A DNA stretch of 64,000 bases from Candidatus Bathyarchaeum tardum (GTDB lineage: Archaea; Thermoproteota; Bathyarchaeia; Bathyarchaeales; Bathyarchaeaceae), in contig CP122380.1 in the NCBI GenBank assembly GCA_024650005.2, positions 1,568,001-1,632,000 of the forward strand, read 5' to 3'. Below the pieces are notes generated by a model. That model did not search any database. It saw only the letters and a program-made list of their open reading frames with translations, and was not told where the DNA came from. Made by a program: the position numbers and the translations under genes. Shown piece after piece: positions 39,784 to 50,149 of this stretch (position 1 is the stretch's first letter; every line of letters starts with the position of its first letter).

Positions 39784-40026
39784 TATTTCGTAATGTTGTA
39801 GATTAAATATTATTTATGAACATAAATTATGTATTCACAATCCACTAAATTCTAAAAAAGTAGGTCAAGAACGAAAACTGAAAAACAACAGTGAAGGAGC
39901 AATGGTTTTTTAAAACTCACAAAATTGTTCAATTGCATCATATCCCCTAATTCCCACATAATAGCAAGTAGATCACAATTTCAAGTCCTAAAGATAAAAT
40001 GAGCCAGAAACGATTCAAAAAGAAAG

Positions 40027-40353
40027 TCAGGTATAGAGCCTGAAAGTGTGATTACATTTTGTGCATCTAAAAAATTGTGTTGCTCCTTCATCACCGGAAC
40101 GAGTCTGTACTTGCCATGTGTATGCCAAATTGTTTTCACATTTTGGACATTTCATTTCTGCGGTAGGGTTAGTTTTTAAACCTTGGTCTTCGTTTCCTAT
40201 GACCACTATTGTTTCAAGCGGTTTTTTGGGAGTAACGGTTTTGATTTCAGTTTCTTGGGTTTTTTTGCATTTACAAACTGGACAAATAAAAACTGCCCCT
40301 TCTTTGGTTCGTTTCATAACCATGCGTTTTCCACATGAAGAACAAAATTCCAT
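40027..40353 (-). CDS. tfs: Transcription factor S
   Basis: Two Zn ribbons; QTRSGDE acidic hairpin intact. Confidence 0.95.
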   Translation of the reverse strand: MEFCSSCGKRMVMKRTKEGAVFICPVCKCKKTQETEIKTVTPKKPLETIVVIGNEDQGLKTNPTAEMKCPKCENNLAYTWQVQTRSGDEGATQFFRCTKCNHTFRLYT

Positions 40354-40430
40354 TATACTTCTCTTCCTTAGACAAGGGTAATGAATTGGGCACCATTAAA
40401 TATTAACGTATTTGCAGGGTGTCAAGTACA

Positions 40431-40976
40431 CTAATGCTCTCTTTCATGTGCTGATAAATTTCCAATTTCAGGCAAAATTAGTTTTTTAAAAGCAAGATTA
40501 ATTGAATCTGGAGAGTTAGGAATACAAAAAAGTATTTTTTGTTGATCAGTTATCCCAGCTAAGGCTCGGCTAATAATTGCTGTTGAACCAAACTTGTCAT
40601 AATAGAGCTTTCGAAGTATTTCTGCAAATCCAGGCATTGTTTTAATCATCAGTGGCCTTAAAGCTTCTAAGGTAATTTCGGACACGCTTAATCCAGTTCC
40701 ACCACATACAATTATTACATCTATTATGTTGGAACTAATTGCATTGCCAACTTGTTTTGTGAGCATAACGCGGTCATCGGGCATAAATTGTGTTGAAACT
40801 ACTTGATGACCAGCATCAGTTACAAGGTCTACAATTAAGTCAAGAGAATCAGTAACGAAGTTTTCATTTTCTTTAAACTGTTGATAAAGAGAAGAACTAC
40901 AAATAATTACAGAAAAATTGATTGTTCTGGAGGATTTGGATTTATTTGTGTCTTCATTCATGTGCAGCATCTCCAA
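40431..40976 (-). CDS. MoaB/MogA-family protein (divergent)
   Basis: PDD, GGTG, PGFAE..R, SRALAG. Confidence 0.8.
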   Translation of the reverse strand: MEMLHMNEDTNKSKSSRTINFSVIICSSSLYQQFKENENFVTDSLDLIVDLVTDAGHQVVSTQFMPDDRVMLTKQVGNAISSNIIDVIIVCGGTGLSVSEITLEALRPLMIKTMPGFAEILRKLYYDKFGSTAIISRALAGITDQQKILFCIPNSPDSINLAFKKLILPEIGNLSAHEREH

Positions 40977-41031
40977 CTATTTTCAAAGGTTAATTTAACT
41001 ACAAGTAAACATTTTAGAGCATGTTTTCGAT

Positions 41032-41298
41032 TTATTTTGTCTCTTCCCAGTATTCCATTAATTGTCTGATCATTAGTGCTCTAGGGTTTTCTTCATTGTA
41101 ACGAAATATACGGATTCGTCCAAAGGTTTTGTGGCGTACAAGTTTGTTGTTTTCTAAAGTCTCCAAGTGCTGATTAGTTGTAGCATAGTTTAATCCTGCA
41201 CGCCTTGCAATTTCTGAGATGTTTAATTCTCCAATTTCAGATAAAATTCTTAGAATTTTAACACGCCCTTTAGAAGAAAAAACTTCTTCGATTGCCAT
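41032..41298 (-). CDS. Small winged-helix (ArsR-like) protein downstream of cdc6
   Basis: RVKILRIL..ELNISEIARRAGLNY...HL; 1 nt after cdc6 stop. Confidence 0.85.
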   Translation of the reverse strand: MAIEEVFSSKGRVKILRILSEIGELNISEIARRAGLNYATTNQHLETLENNKLVRHKTFGRIRIFRYNEENPRALMIRQLMEYWEETK

Positions 41299-41299
41299 C

Positions 41300-42490
41300 T
41301 TAGGTACACCATCCTTTTTGGGACAGGATTTTAGTAATTTCTTGGTCTAGATCAGATGCTGGAACTCGCGACAGGCTAATCATTGTTGTTTTTCCCCGTT
41401 GCCCAACTCCAGAAACCATGGTTTCGAGTATTCCAGTAGCAGAAAGAGAATTTACATACTTCCAAAGCTGAGTATGCCCCCGAGGTTTTTCGTTATACTC
41501 TTCACAGGCAAGAGCGTATGATTCTTCCGCGTCCCCCATGGAAACGTGAGCAGAATCGCTCTGTTTGAAGTGTCTTGCCACACCTAAAAGAAACAGTTTT
41601 TCATGTAAACTAAGTTCAACAATCATGTCTCTGCGCACAACAGGATAAACACTGGCAACAGCATTTCTGACACACTCCGGGGTAACTTCTTGCAGTTCCG
41701 AGGCATCAGCGTATTTACCCGCCCGCCATAATAGTTCAATAGAGTATCGGGCGTTTCCTTGCTCGGCGTTTCCCAGTTCGGCAATAAGGGTTAGAGTTTG
41801 AGGAGGCACAGTGCCGTCTATGAATGCAAGATCTACTCTGTTGGCGAGAATGTCTTCGAGTTGTGATTCTGAGTAATCGGTTAACCGTATTATGTTGCGT
41901 TGTAGAGTGCTTCTTGTGCTGGGGTCTAAAGATTCCAGTTGTTCATCCTGTCGAAGAATGCAAATAAGGGATAATCGTTTAGGGGCATCAATTCGGTCTT
42001 CTTGGATTCTTGAAAGATTGTACAAGGGATCTGAGCCTTCATTTTGGACAAGGGATTCTAATTCGTCTAAAGTTAAGATCAAGTACGCGTCTTTGTCGTC
42101 AAGAATTTGCATTAACGCTTGAAGTAATTCTTCAGCGGAGTATCCCCGTCGTGGGAAGTTAGGATAAAATTTTGCTATAGTCCGTTGAAGAATCATGAAC
42201 AGACTGCCTTTGCATTCACGGCAGTTGATGTGAATGTAATTTAGATTGATTTTGCGTTCTTTTGCTTCTTTTACAATGTTTAAACCAAAATGTTGCGAAA
42301 GAACAGTTTTGCCAGTTCCGATGTTCCCCATTATTAAGGTCCGTTGAGTCATTTTTCCGGGGTTTTCTACAGTAAAACGGAAGAATTGGTTTAACAAGTT
42401 GAGTTGGAGTTTTCTGTGAAGCAATTGGGATGGGACATAGTTTATGTCAAGTTTGCTTTCATCTTTGAAAACACTAGAGTACCGCGACAT
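41300..42490 (-). CDS. cdc6: Orc1/Cdc6 replication initiator
   Basis: YVPSQLLHR, GNIGTGKT, LDELE, GNAR, C-terminal wH with G.RGKT. Confidence 0.95.
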   Translation of the reverse strand: MSRYSSVFKDESKLDINYVPSQLLHRKLQLNLLNQFFRFTVENPGKMTQRTLIMGNIGTGKTVLSQHFGLNIVKEAKERKINLNYIHINCRECKGSLFMILQRTIAKFYPNFPRRGYSAEELLQALMQILDDKDAYLILTLDELESLVQNEGSDPLYNLSRIQEDRIDAPKRLSLICILRQDEQLESLDPSTRSTLQRNIIRLTDYSESQLEDILANRVDLAFIDGTVPPQTLTLIAELGNAEQGNARYSIELLWRAGKYADASELQEVTPECVRNAVASVYPVVRRDMIVELSLHEKLFLLGVARHFKQSDSAHVSMGDAEESYALACEEYNEKPRGHTQLWKYVNSLSATGILETMVSGVGQRGKTTMISLSRVPASDLDQEITKILSQKGWCT

Positions 42491-42633
42491 TTCTTAGCCC
42501 TTTTTTCCTCTTATGAATTTCATAGTGTTTTTTGTCTCTTTAAAAGGTTATTGAGGTCCCACAAAGGCGAAAATTGGTTTGACCATGCGAAATATTATAA
42601 GAAAAAAGCAACAAATATAATTGGGGATAAATT

Positions 42634-43473
42634 TTGTCAAACATTGGAGATATGTTAACTAACATGATTTCAGACATCATTGCTGCCTTGCCAGCGATTA
42701 TTGCGGCTATAATCATTGTTCTCATTGGTTATTTTGCTGGAAAATTTGTTGGCCGTGCAGTAAACAAAGTCATTGAAAAAATGGGAATAGAAAAAAGTTT
42801 TGACCAAACAGACACTGGAAAAGCCTTCAGGTCCGCAGGAATGGATATGTCCTCTTTCGTGGGAGGAGTAACTACAGCATTTATTCTAGTCATATCGATA
42901 GTACTTGCAATACAGGTCCTAAATATTGAAGGAGCAATCGGTGGGTTCCTAGTTGATCTTGCAAGTTATCTGCCCAGACTTCTCGGCGGAATAGTGATAA
43001 TAGTTGTCGGAAGCGTTCTAGTTGGCTTTTTGGCCACCCTTGTTGGAAACACACTCAAACCAATATTTCCTAAAGCTAAAGTCGAAATAGCAGACATGCT
43101 ACAAAGCCTGCTTCAGATAGGATTGATAGCAGTTATCATAATCATTGCATTAGACGTAATGTTGCTTTCAGGCGAACTTGTTTATTCACTGATTTTGGGC
43201 TTTGTCATAATTGGAGCCGGAATAGCATTAACAGATGGATTAATTAAATCCATTACCGACGATCACAAGGAATTTGTAGACGTTGCAGGATACGCAAAAT
43301 TTGTGCTGTATAGCATCTTCTTGATTATTGGTGCAGGAGCAATCTTTTCCACATTCGAAGGCGTAACAAACATAGTCGCAAACGTATCATGGGCATTCGC
43401 AATAGCAATGGGCATAGTGCTGGTTCCAGTGATTTACAGTCTAGCTAAAAAAATGAGCAAAGAAGCAAGCTGA
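42634..43473 (+). CDS. TM-helix repeat membrane protein (MscS-associated/CmpX-like)
   Basis: Repeated LP.II.AIII..IG motif. Confidence 0.75.
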   Translation: MSNIGDMLTNMISDIIAALPAIIAAIIIVLIGYFAGKFVGRAVNKVIEKMGIEKSFDQTDTGKAFRSAGMDMSSFVGGVTTAFILVISIVLAIQVLNIEGAIGGFLVDLASYLPRLLGGIVIIVVGSVLVGFLATLVGNTLKPIFPKAKVEIADMLQSLLQIGLIAVIIIIALDVMLLSGELVYSLILGFVIIGAGIALTDGLIKSITDDHKEFVDVAGYAKFVLYSIFLIIGAGAIFSTFEGVTNIVANVSWAFAIAMGIVLVPVIYSLAKKMSKEAS

Positions 43474-43629
43474 TAACCAATCACCCCTTTTTCTTTTTTT
43501 CTACCATCAAAATTATTGAAAATGTTGAAACATTTCTGCAATTGTATAATATGGAAAAACAGATGATATAGTAATCAATACCAAGGACCGGAGAAAACAA
43601 AACTGAAACATAAAACATTTCTGCTCTGT

Positions 43630-44784
43630 TTGATTCTTATTGCAATTGTTGTTTCACCTGTTTTTTTGATAATGGTTAATAACAGTCAGGGTTCAGAACC
43701 AGAATTCTTTGTCGGCGTAGAATATGCTATCGACAACTATAGTGTTGAAGGCTGCAAAGCATTAGTTGATAAAGTGAAAAATTACACAAACGTGTTTATT
43801 ATTGACACCGTCGGGATAACGTACGACATAAACAACCTGAATGAAGTGTCCGATTACGTTTACGATTCAGGACTGCATTTTTACGTTTTCTTCATTGGTT
43901 TACGCCAGCAACAAGACGATGGCGACTTCGTTTTGAGATACAATTACTACCCCCACATGTGGATTGCAGATGCAAAAGAAAAATATGGTGACAAATTTTT
44001 AGGCGCTTACGCCATGGATGAACCAGGAGGTCACCAGTTAGATGATGGCAGTTTCCAGATGGTTAAATCTGCGAATAACCAATCAGAAGCTGCAGAAAAT
44101 TTTGTTTACTTGCTTAACGGGCACATCAGTTATTATTCATATGCTCGAGATTGTGAAAACATCAAGTTACTAACTGCAGAGTATGGCTTGTACTGGTTTG
44201 TTTACAAAGCAGGATACGACATCGTTTTAGTTGAATATGCATGGAACCATAGTAGACCATTACACACTGCCCTTTGTAGAGGAGCAGCAAACCTACAAAA
44301 CAAAGAATGGGGCGTTATGGTCACATGGACGTATAATGATGTTCCTTACATTATTTCAGGGGAAGAACTCTACGATGATTTGGTTTCAGCATATCATGCG
44401 GGGGCAAAATATGTCACAATTTTTGACCATCCGGACACAGACTATTCGGAGTATGGCATTTTAACAGATGAGCATTTTGAGGCCCTTGAAAAGTTTTGGA
44501 ATTATGTGAAAGCAAACCCTTCAAAACATGGAAACTTCAAGGCTTCTGCGGTTTATGTTCTTCCTGAAAATTTTGGTTTTGGTTTTCGCAGTGAGAACGA
44601 CAACATCTGGGGGTTATGGAGTGGAAACACCGATGATCGAACAGAAAAAATTTGGAATGATGTTAACCAGTTAGTGGAAAAATATGATTTTAGTTTGGAC
44701 ATTGTCTTCAGTGATCCACTATACAACGACAACCTTCAATGGCTATATGAAGAAGTTTTTTTCTGGAATGAACCAATAGATTAA
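43630..44784 (+). CDS. Secreted/membrane-anchored hypothetical protein
   Basis: N-terminal hydrophobic segment; Tyr/Trp-rich; GAYAMDEPGG. Confidence 0.7.
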   Translation: MILIAIVVSPVFLIMVNNSQGSEPEFFVGVEYAIDNYSVEGCKALVDKVKNYTNVFIIDTVGITYDINNLNEVSDYVYDSGLHFYVFFIGLRQQQDDGDFVLRYNYYPHMWIADAKEKYGDKFLGAYAMDEPGGHQLDDGSFQMVKSANNQSEAAENFVYLLNGHISYYSYARDCENIKLLTAEYGLYWFVYKAGYDIVLVEYAWNHSRPLHTALCRGAANLQNKEWGVMVTWTYNDVPYIISGEELYDDLVSAYHAGAKYVTIFDHPDTDYSEYGILTDEHFEALEKFWNYVKANPSKHGNFKASAVYVLPENFGFGFRSENDNIWGLWSGNTDDRTEKIWNDVNQLVEKYDFSLDIVFSDPLYNDNLQWLYEEVFFWNEPID

Positions 44785-44818
44785 CGGTCTACATCAGATG
44801 AGGGGTTATTAAGTTTCA

Positions 44819-45316
44819 ATGAACATTGATTCAACTTTAGTTTCGAATCTTTCAACCCGGGGAGTCTACACATTATTGCTTTTTATTTCAAAAGAGATTA
44901 CAGTAACTGCAGGAAAACTGGGTAAACAAACGTTTCCAAAGGGATATTACACGTATACTGGATCAGCGTTAGGCAAAGGATCTTCCTTGAAACACAGAAT
45001 TTCTAGGCATCTAAAGAAACACAAAAAGATGTTTTGGCACATTGATTACTTGATGGTAGATTCTAACGTTTCAGTTAAGGCAATTGTTATTACTGAAACA
45101 GGTGAAAAAATTGAATGTAAAGTAAACAGTTACTTGATGTGGACAGTTGGAACAAAAAATTTGGTTAAGGGCTTTGGGGCTTCAGATTGTAATAATGGGT
45201 GTAAAAGTCATTTGTTGTTTTTTGCAGAATTGGTTGACCCAAACAAAATTGTTCAGGAACTTTTAGCTCAGTTACAGTTATTGCCAGATGTATCGTCTGT
45301 TATTGTCATTAAATAA
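44819..45316 (+). CDS. GIY-YIG (Uri/DUF123) endonuclease family protein
   Basis: GVYTL, GYYTYTGSA, RISRH, WHIDYL, FGASDC..C.SHL. Confidence 0.9.
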   Translation: MNIDSTLVSNLSTRGVYTLLLFISKEITVTAGKLGKQTFPKGYYTYTGSALGKGSSLKHRISRHLKKHKKMFWHIDYLMVDSNVSVKAIVITETGEKIECKVNSYLMWTVGTKNLVKGFGASDCNNGCKSHLLFFAELVDPNKIVQELLAQLQLLPDVSSVIVIK

Positions 45317-45332
45317 TAGTGTGTTCAAACAG

Positions 45333-46013
45333 TTATTCATTTGTGCTTCGTTTTTTTGGGATTATAGTCAAGGTTAAAAAGAATCCAGCAAGGAAACCTC
45401 CCACGTGGGCTGTGTGGGCTACGTTTTCGATTATTCCTGAGGATACATAGGCGGTTTCTGTTAAGATTGTTATGAAAACAAATAAAATAACTGGAAGGGG
45501 CAGAGGGATGAACCCAAATAGTTTAAGGATCCATCGAAAAGGAAACAAAATAGCAAAAGCTGCAAGGATTCCAAATATTGCTCCTGAGGCTCCAATTGTA
45601 GGTATGGTTGATGAGCTATTTAGGTATGCATGGAATAGCCCAGCCATGATTCCACATATTAGGTATAGTGCCAAAAATTTTAGGTTGCCTAGTTCTCGTT
45701 CTACTGCGTCGCCACTGAGCAATAAGAATAACATGTTAAGTCCAAGGTGAAACAGGTCGGCATGCAAGAACATGGAAGTAACCAAAGAAGGAATGTGATT
45801 GCCGTTCATTATTTGAGCGGGTACAAGTCCATAAGTTGTAACCAATTCAGTATAAGATTCAGGGTTTGTGATCGCTCGAATGAAAACTAGAATGTTGATG
45901 GCAATGAGTAAGTATGAAAATATTGCAATTTTTGACGACAAAGTCAATCTACCCTGAAAGGTTAACTGCATAATTCTTGTCAGGAGCAATAAAATCTTTT
46001 TGTCAGTAAACAT
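45333..46013 (-). CDS. Rhomboid intramembrane serine protease
   Basis: SMFLH..HL.LNM, GASG, AHTAHVGG. Confidence 0.93.
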   Translation of the reverse strand: MFTDKKILLLLTRIMQLTFQGRLTLSSKIAIFSYLLIAINILVFIRAITNPESYTELVTTYGLVPAQIMNGNHIPSLVTSMFLHADLFHLGLNMLFLLLSGDAVERELGNLKFLALYLICGIMAGLFHAYLNSSSTIPTIGASGAIFGILAAFAILFPFRWILKLFGFIPLPLPVILFVFITILTETAYVSSGIIENVAHTAHVGGFLAGFFLTLTIIPKKRSTNE

Positions 46014-46099
46014 TCAGTTTTTGATGAATAATTGTTAATAGGGGAACATTTACAGAATGTTTTAACAGGACAAAAAACACAGCAGTCCTCTAAAGGGAA

Positions 46100-47173
46100 G
46101 TGAAACAAACGCCAAAAACAGTTCTAGTTTATTCGCCAAAGTATCTATGGCACAAAACAGGACCCCGCCATCCTGAGGTTCCATCTCGTCTTCGGGTGAT
46201 CAATAGGGAACTAAAGAAAAGCGGTATTCTAGGAAACAAGAACTGTTTTGTTGTTGAACCAGAACCAGCAAGCATTAACGATTTGAAATTAATTCATGAT
46301 ATTGGTTACATTAATGTAATTAAACAGGTTTGCAGTTGTGGAGGGGGACTGATAGATGAACAAGATACCGTGGTTTCATCTAAATCTTACGAAGTAGCTC
46401 GTTTGGCTGCAGGGGGAGCTTTGAAAGCAGTTGATTATGTGATGGATAAAAAGTACAATAATGGTTTTGCTTTTGTTAGACCACCAGGGCATCATGCAGG
46501 TTTTAATTATCCCATGGGTTTTTGTGTTTTCAATAATGTTGCTTTAGCTGCAGCTCATTTGTTGAAGAATTTCAGTCTTGAACGTGTGCTAATTTTGGAC
46601 ATTGACGCCCATCATGGGAATGGAACCCAAGAAATTTTTTATAACAACCAGAAGGTGCTCTACATTAGCATGCATGAAGACCCCATCGAGTTTCCGTTAA
46701 CAGGTTTTGCCGACGAAGTTGGGGAAGGAAAAGGCAAAGGATATTCTGTTAATGTTCCCTTTCCTTATGGGATCGATGATAAAATTTTTCTAACAGGTTT
46801 CAATGAGGTTGTGGCGCCAATAATTCACCAATATAAGCCTCAGTTCATTTTGGTTTCTACCGGATTTGACAGCCACTACTCGGATCCAGTAGGGAACTTG
46901 TATGTATCATCACGTAGTTACATGAAAATTTTTGATTTTGTTTTGGAGATCGCAGCAAAGTTTTGTCAAGGAAAAATTGTATCGGTTCTAGAGGGCGGTT
47001 ATAGTATGCAGTTTCTTGGAAAACTTGCATGCGCAGTTACTGCAAAAATGGCTGATATTCCATACTTTATCGATGATAAACCGTATTGTGCAGAGCCAAT
47101 AGTGCAAAAGAAGGCCAAGTTTATGTTAAGACAGATTAAAAAGAGTCAATCTCATTTTTGGGACTTGAAATGA
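46100..47173 (+). CDS. Histone deacetylase family amidohydrolase
   Basis: HPE, RPPGHH, GFC..NN, DIDAHHGNGTQ, LEGGY. Confidence 0.93.
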   Translation: MKQTPKTVLVYSPKYLWHKTGPRHPEVPSRLRVINRELKKSGILGNKNCFVVEPEPASINDLKLIHDIGYINVIKQVCSCGGGLIDEQDTVVSSKSYEVARLAAGGALKAVDYVMDKKYNNGFAFVRPPGHHAGFNYPMGFCVFNNVALAAAHLLKNFSLERVLILDIDAHHGNGTQEIFYNNQKVLYISMHEDPIEFPLTGFADEVGEGKGKGYSVNVPFPYGIDDKIFLTGFNEVVAPIIHQYKPQFILVSTGFDSHYSDPVGNLYVSSRSYMKIFDFVLEIAAKFCQGKIVSVLEGGYSMQFLGKLACAVTAKMADIPYFIDDKPYCAEPIVQKKAKFMLRQIKKSQSHFWDLK

Positions 47174-47222
47174 AAAGAGCTTTACTAAAAAGATAAATGA
47201 ACTTAGGTAATAACAAGGTCAA

Positions 47223-47489
47223 TTGGTGAATAAGATGAAAGAGTGGCAGGTTACCCTTGGGGGTTCCATTGTTATGTTTGCTGCAGGAATTGTTATGTTT
47301 TTGTGGGCAAACAGTCTAGAGATTCCAACCACATATTTTGGATATAATGATTATTTTCTGGTATCCAATCAGTATTTTACCGTGTTTTTGACGGGTGTAC
47401 TTTTTGTTGGATTCAGTGGAGCATTTTTGATCTGCACGTTACTGGTTTATCAGTTGGAACAAAAAATTGCTAAACTGGAAAAAAACTAA
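47223..47489 (+). CDS. Small two-TM hypothetical protein
   Basis: Two hydrophobic segments. Confidence 0.6.
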   Translation: MVNKMKEWQVTLGGSIVMFAAGIVMFLWANSLEIPTTYFGYNDYFLVSNQYFTVFLTGVLFVGFSGAFLICTLLVYQLEQKIAKLEKN

Positions 47490-47502
47490 CCAATAAACGG
47501 TT

Positions 47503-48540
47503 TTGTTGGCAGAACAAGTTCGTGGAGGAAGCAGGTTGGAGTCTTGGGTTGCTGCAAGAAATGCGTTGCAGAATGTTCTTGAAGCCTGTGAGGGTGAAAG
47601 AATTCTAGTAATATGTGATGAAGAAAAAGCAGATATTGGGCAAGCCTTTGCTAAAGGTGCACTTTCTCTTGGGTTGTGGACTAGGTTTTTGGTTCTTGAA
47701 AAACAGAGTGAAATAAGAACTGAGATTCCAGAATATTTGCAGTTGACCTTATCTCAAAAACCTGAAATTTTTGTCAACATATTAACTGGGAACCGTGAAG
47801 AAACTCCCTTTAGGATCAAGATAATAAAAACAGAAATTGCTGATCACCAGTCCCGTTTGGGGCATTGTCCAGGGGTTACTTTGGATATGCTCACAGATGG
47901 AGCTTTAGCTTTGTCTGCAGTGGAGCATAAACAGTTGCAAAATCATGCAGATAAACTCATGAAGGCATTAGAAGGTGCAGTGAGTGTTAAAGTTTGTAGC
48001 AAATCCGGAACAGATTTGACATTGGGGGTTGAGGGTCGTAGTTTTTTCACAGATACCAAGCTGGATTGGGAGTTGATGAAATGGATGAACTTGCCAACAG
48101 GGGAGGTTATTGTTGCTCCTGTAGAAAACAGGATGAATGGAAAGCTTTTTTGTGACTTGGCTATTGGCGGTATCGGTAAATTAAAGCACCCAGTAGAGAT
48201 CAACGTAAAAGACGGCAAAGTTGAATCCGTGTTTTGTGAGGATCCAGAACATTTGCGTAGAATCAAACAGACTTTTTCCACAGACCAGTGGGCGAATGTT
48301 GTTGGGGAGTTTGCTTTTGGGATTAATCCGAAAGCTAAGTTCGTAAACGAGTTTTTGGAGGCAGAAAAAATGTTGGGAACAATCCATGTAGCATTTGGTG
48401 CGAACACGGATATGCCAGGGGGCAAGAATTTGTCACAAAATCATATGGATTTGATGGTTTCGGAGCCTACAGTGACAATTACCAAAAAAAATGGAAAAAC
48501 GGTTGCTGTGCTTCAAAAAGGCGTGTTTTTAGTCACTTGA
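47503..48540 (+). CDS. M29-like (thermophilic) aminopeptidase
   Basis: NLPTGEV, GEFAFGIN, EAEK..GTIHVAFG, HMD. Confidence 0.85.
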   Translation: MLAEQVRGGSRLESWVAARNALQNVLEACEGERILVICDEEKADIGQAFAKGALSLGLWTRFLVLEKQSEIRTEIPEYLQLTLSQKPEIFVNILTGNREETPFRIKIIKTEIADHQSRLGHCPGVTLDMLTDGALALSAVEHKQLQNHADKLMKALEGAVSVKVCSKSGTDLTLGVEGRSFFTDTKLDWELMKWMNLPTGEVIVAPVENRMNGKLFCDLAIGGIGKLKHPVEINVKDGKVESVFCEDPEHLRRIKQTFSTDQWANVVGEFAFGINPKAKFVNEFLEAEKMLGTIHVAFGANTDMPGGKNLSQNHMDLMVSEPTVTITKKNGKTVAVLQKGVFLVT

Positions 48541-48819
48541 AACTGTAGTTTCTTCTTGTTCAGTGAGGGATTCGTCAAGAATTTTTCCGATGGTTTCGTA
48601 GGAGCTCTCTTTTATGATTCCTTGCTGCACTAGGACTTGGAGCATTTCAGCAAAGTTTTCTTTGGTTAAGACTCCGGTTTGCATTAATTCGTTGATAGTA
48701 TCCAGTTCTTTGTGTTTAATTGTTTTGTCTTTTCTTGCAAGGTGCACAATTATGATTAAAAGAAGGGCGACCAACCCGGCTAGAGGAAGAATTAGAAAAT
48801 AGAACTCTGCGGGATCCAT
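48529..48819 (-). CDS. Small single-TM hypothetical protein
   Basis: TM helix after MDPAEF, then SHOCT-like ELMQTGVLTKENF. Confidence 0.55.
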   Translation of the reverse strand: MDPAEFYFLILPLAGLVALLLIIIVHLARKDKTIKHKELDTINELMQTGVLTKENFAEMLQVLVQQGIIKESSYETIGKILDESLTEQEETTVSSD

Positions 48820-48943
48820 GATGGGATATTGTTTTGGGAGTAATATACTGTTTATGAATTCGGGGTAAATTTTAACCTGCAAAAGCGATACAGTAAAACA
48901 TTACAATTGGTAACTAAAATTACTAAAAAAGCAGGTAAAACAT

Positions 48944-50149
48944 ATGAAGTACATACTTATTCTTGGAGACGGAATGGCAGATTACCCAATAGCCGAACTT
49001 GGCGACAAAACACCCCTTCAAGTGGCAAACAAGCCCAACATGGATTTAATTGCAGCCAAAGGCCAGAACGGATTATTGAAAACAGTTCCAGATAGCATGA
49101 ATCCAGGTTCGGGACCTGCAATTTTGTCTGTTCTAGGCTACGATCCACAGGTATATTATTCAGGACGAGGACCATTAGAAGCAGCCGGCAGAAACATCCA
49201 TTTGAACAAACAAGATGTAGCCTTTAGATGCAATTTGATTACAGAAAAAGACGGTAAATTGATTGATTATGCTGCAGACCACATTTCAAGTAAAGAAGCT
49301 TCTCAGCTGATAGAAGAAATCAAGGAAAAAACGCCCAGACCAGATAATATTGAATTTTTTGTTGGTTTGGATTATCGACATTTTTTGGTAATCCGAGATT
49401 ACTTACCTAAAGAAATAGTGGATTGCACCTTGCCACATAATGCGATTGGAGAAAAGGTTTCAGACATTTTGCCAAAGGCAGAATCTGAAAAAGCAAAAAA
49501 TGTAGAAAAAGAACTAAAGGAGATGATTTTGAGTTCTAAGGCAATTTTGGAAAATCATCCTGTGAATCTTGCCCGAGCAAAAGTTGGTAAAAATCCAGGC
49601 AACATGATTTGGCCGTGGGGTGGGGGTCGCGTTCCTGTTTTGCCTACGTTTAAAGAGCGGTTTGGTGTAAGTTCAGCAGTGATTTCTGCGGTAGATTTAG
49701 TGAAAGGCATTGGGAGGTATGCAGGAATGAAGGTTGTCGAGGTCCCCGGTGTTACAGGTTTATTTGATACTAACTATGAGGGAAAAGCCGATTATGCGTT
49801 AGAGGCATTGAATGATTATGATTTGGTGTTTGTTCATGTGGAAGCTCCAGATGAAGCAGGGCACGCTAAAGACTACGAACTAAAAATTAAGACGATTGAG
49901 GATTTGGACAAACGGCTGATTGGGCGCATAATGGATAACATCGATCAGGATGTTGCCCTTGCTGTTTTGCCTGACCATCCCACTCCGATAAAAATTGGCA
50001 CCCACACCCGTGACCCCGTGCCCTTTGCAATATACAATCCAACAAACCCCCCTGATAATATCAAACAATTCGACGAACAAAACGCCAAAAACGGCAAATA
50101 TGGCACAATAGAAGGACCAACCTTCATGACAAAATTTCTAAACAAATAA
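48944..50149 (+). CDS. apgM: Cofactor-independent phosphoglycerate mutase family (ApgM)
   Basis: GDGMAD, KTPL, PGS, GRGPLEA, EAPDEAGH, PDHPTP, H..DPVP. Confidence 0.9.
   Translation: MKYILILGDGMADYPIAELGDKTPLQVANKPNMDLIAAKGQNGLLKTVPDSMNPGSGPAILSVLGYDPQVYYSGRGPLEAAGRNIHLNKQDVAFRCNLITEKDGKLIDYAADHISSKEASQLIEEIKEKTPRPDNIEFFVGLDYRHFLVIRDYLPKEIVDCTLPHNAIGEKVSDILPKAESEKAKNVEKELKEMILSSKAILENHPVNLARAKVGKNPGNMIWPWGGGRVPVLPTFKERFGVSSAVISAVDLVKGIGRYAGMKVVEVPGVTGLFDTNYEGKADYALEALNDYDLVFVHVEAPDEAGHAKDYELKIKTIEDLDKRLIGRIMDNIDQDVALAVLPDHPTPIKIGTHTRDPVPFAIYNPTNPPDNIKQFDEQNAKNGKYGTIEGPTFMTKFLNK

Noticed and set aside
37918-42490. Inteins in RadA or Cdc6
   Set aside because: Both proteins are of normal length with contiguous motifs
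42490-42634. Replication origin next to cdc6
   Set aside because: Gap is only ~140 nt and I see no ORB-like TCCA..GGAA repeats or G-string
44819-45316. GIY-YIG gene as a homing endonuclease or mobile element
   Set aside because: Matches the widespread chromosomal DUF123/Uri family; no intron, intein or flanking repeats
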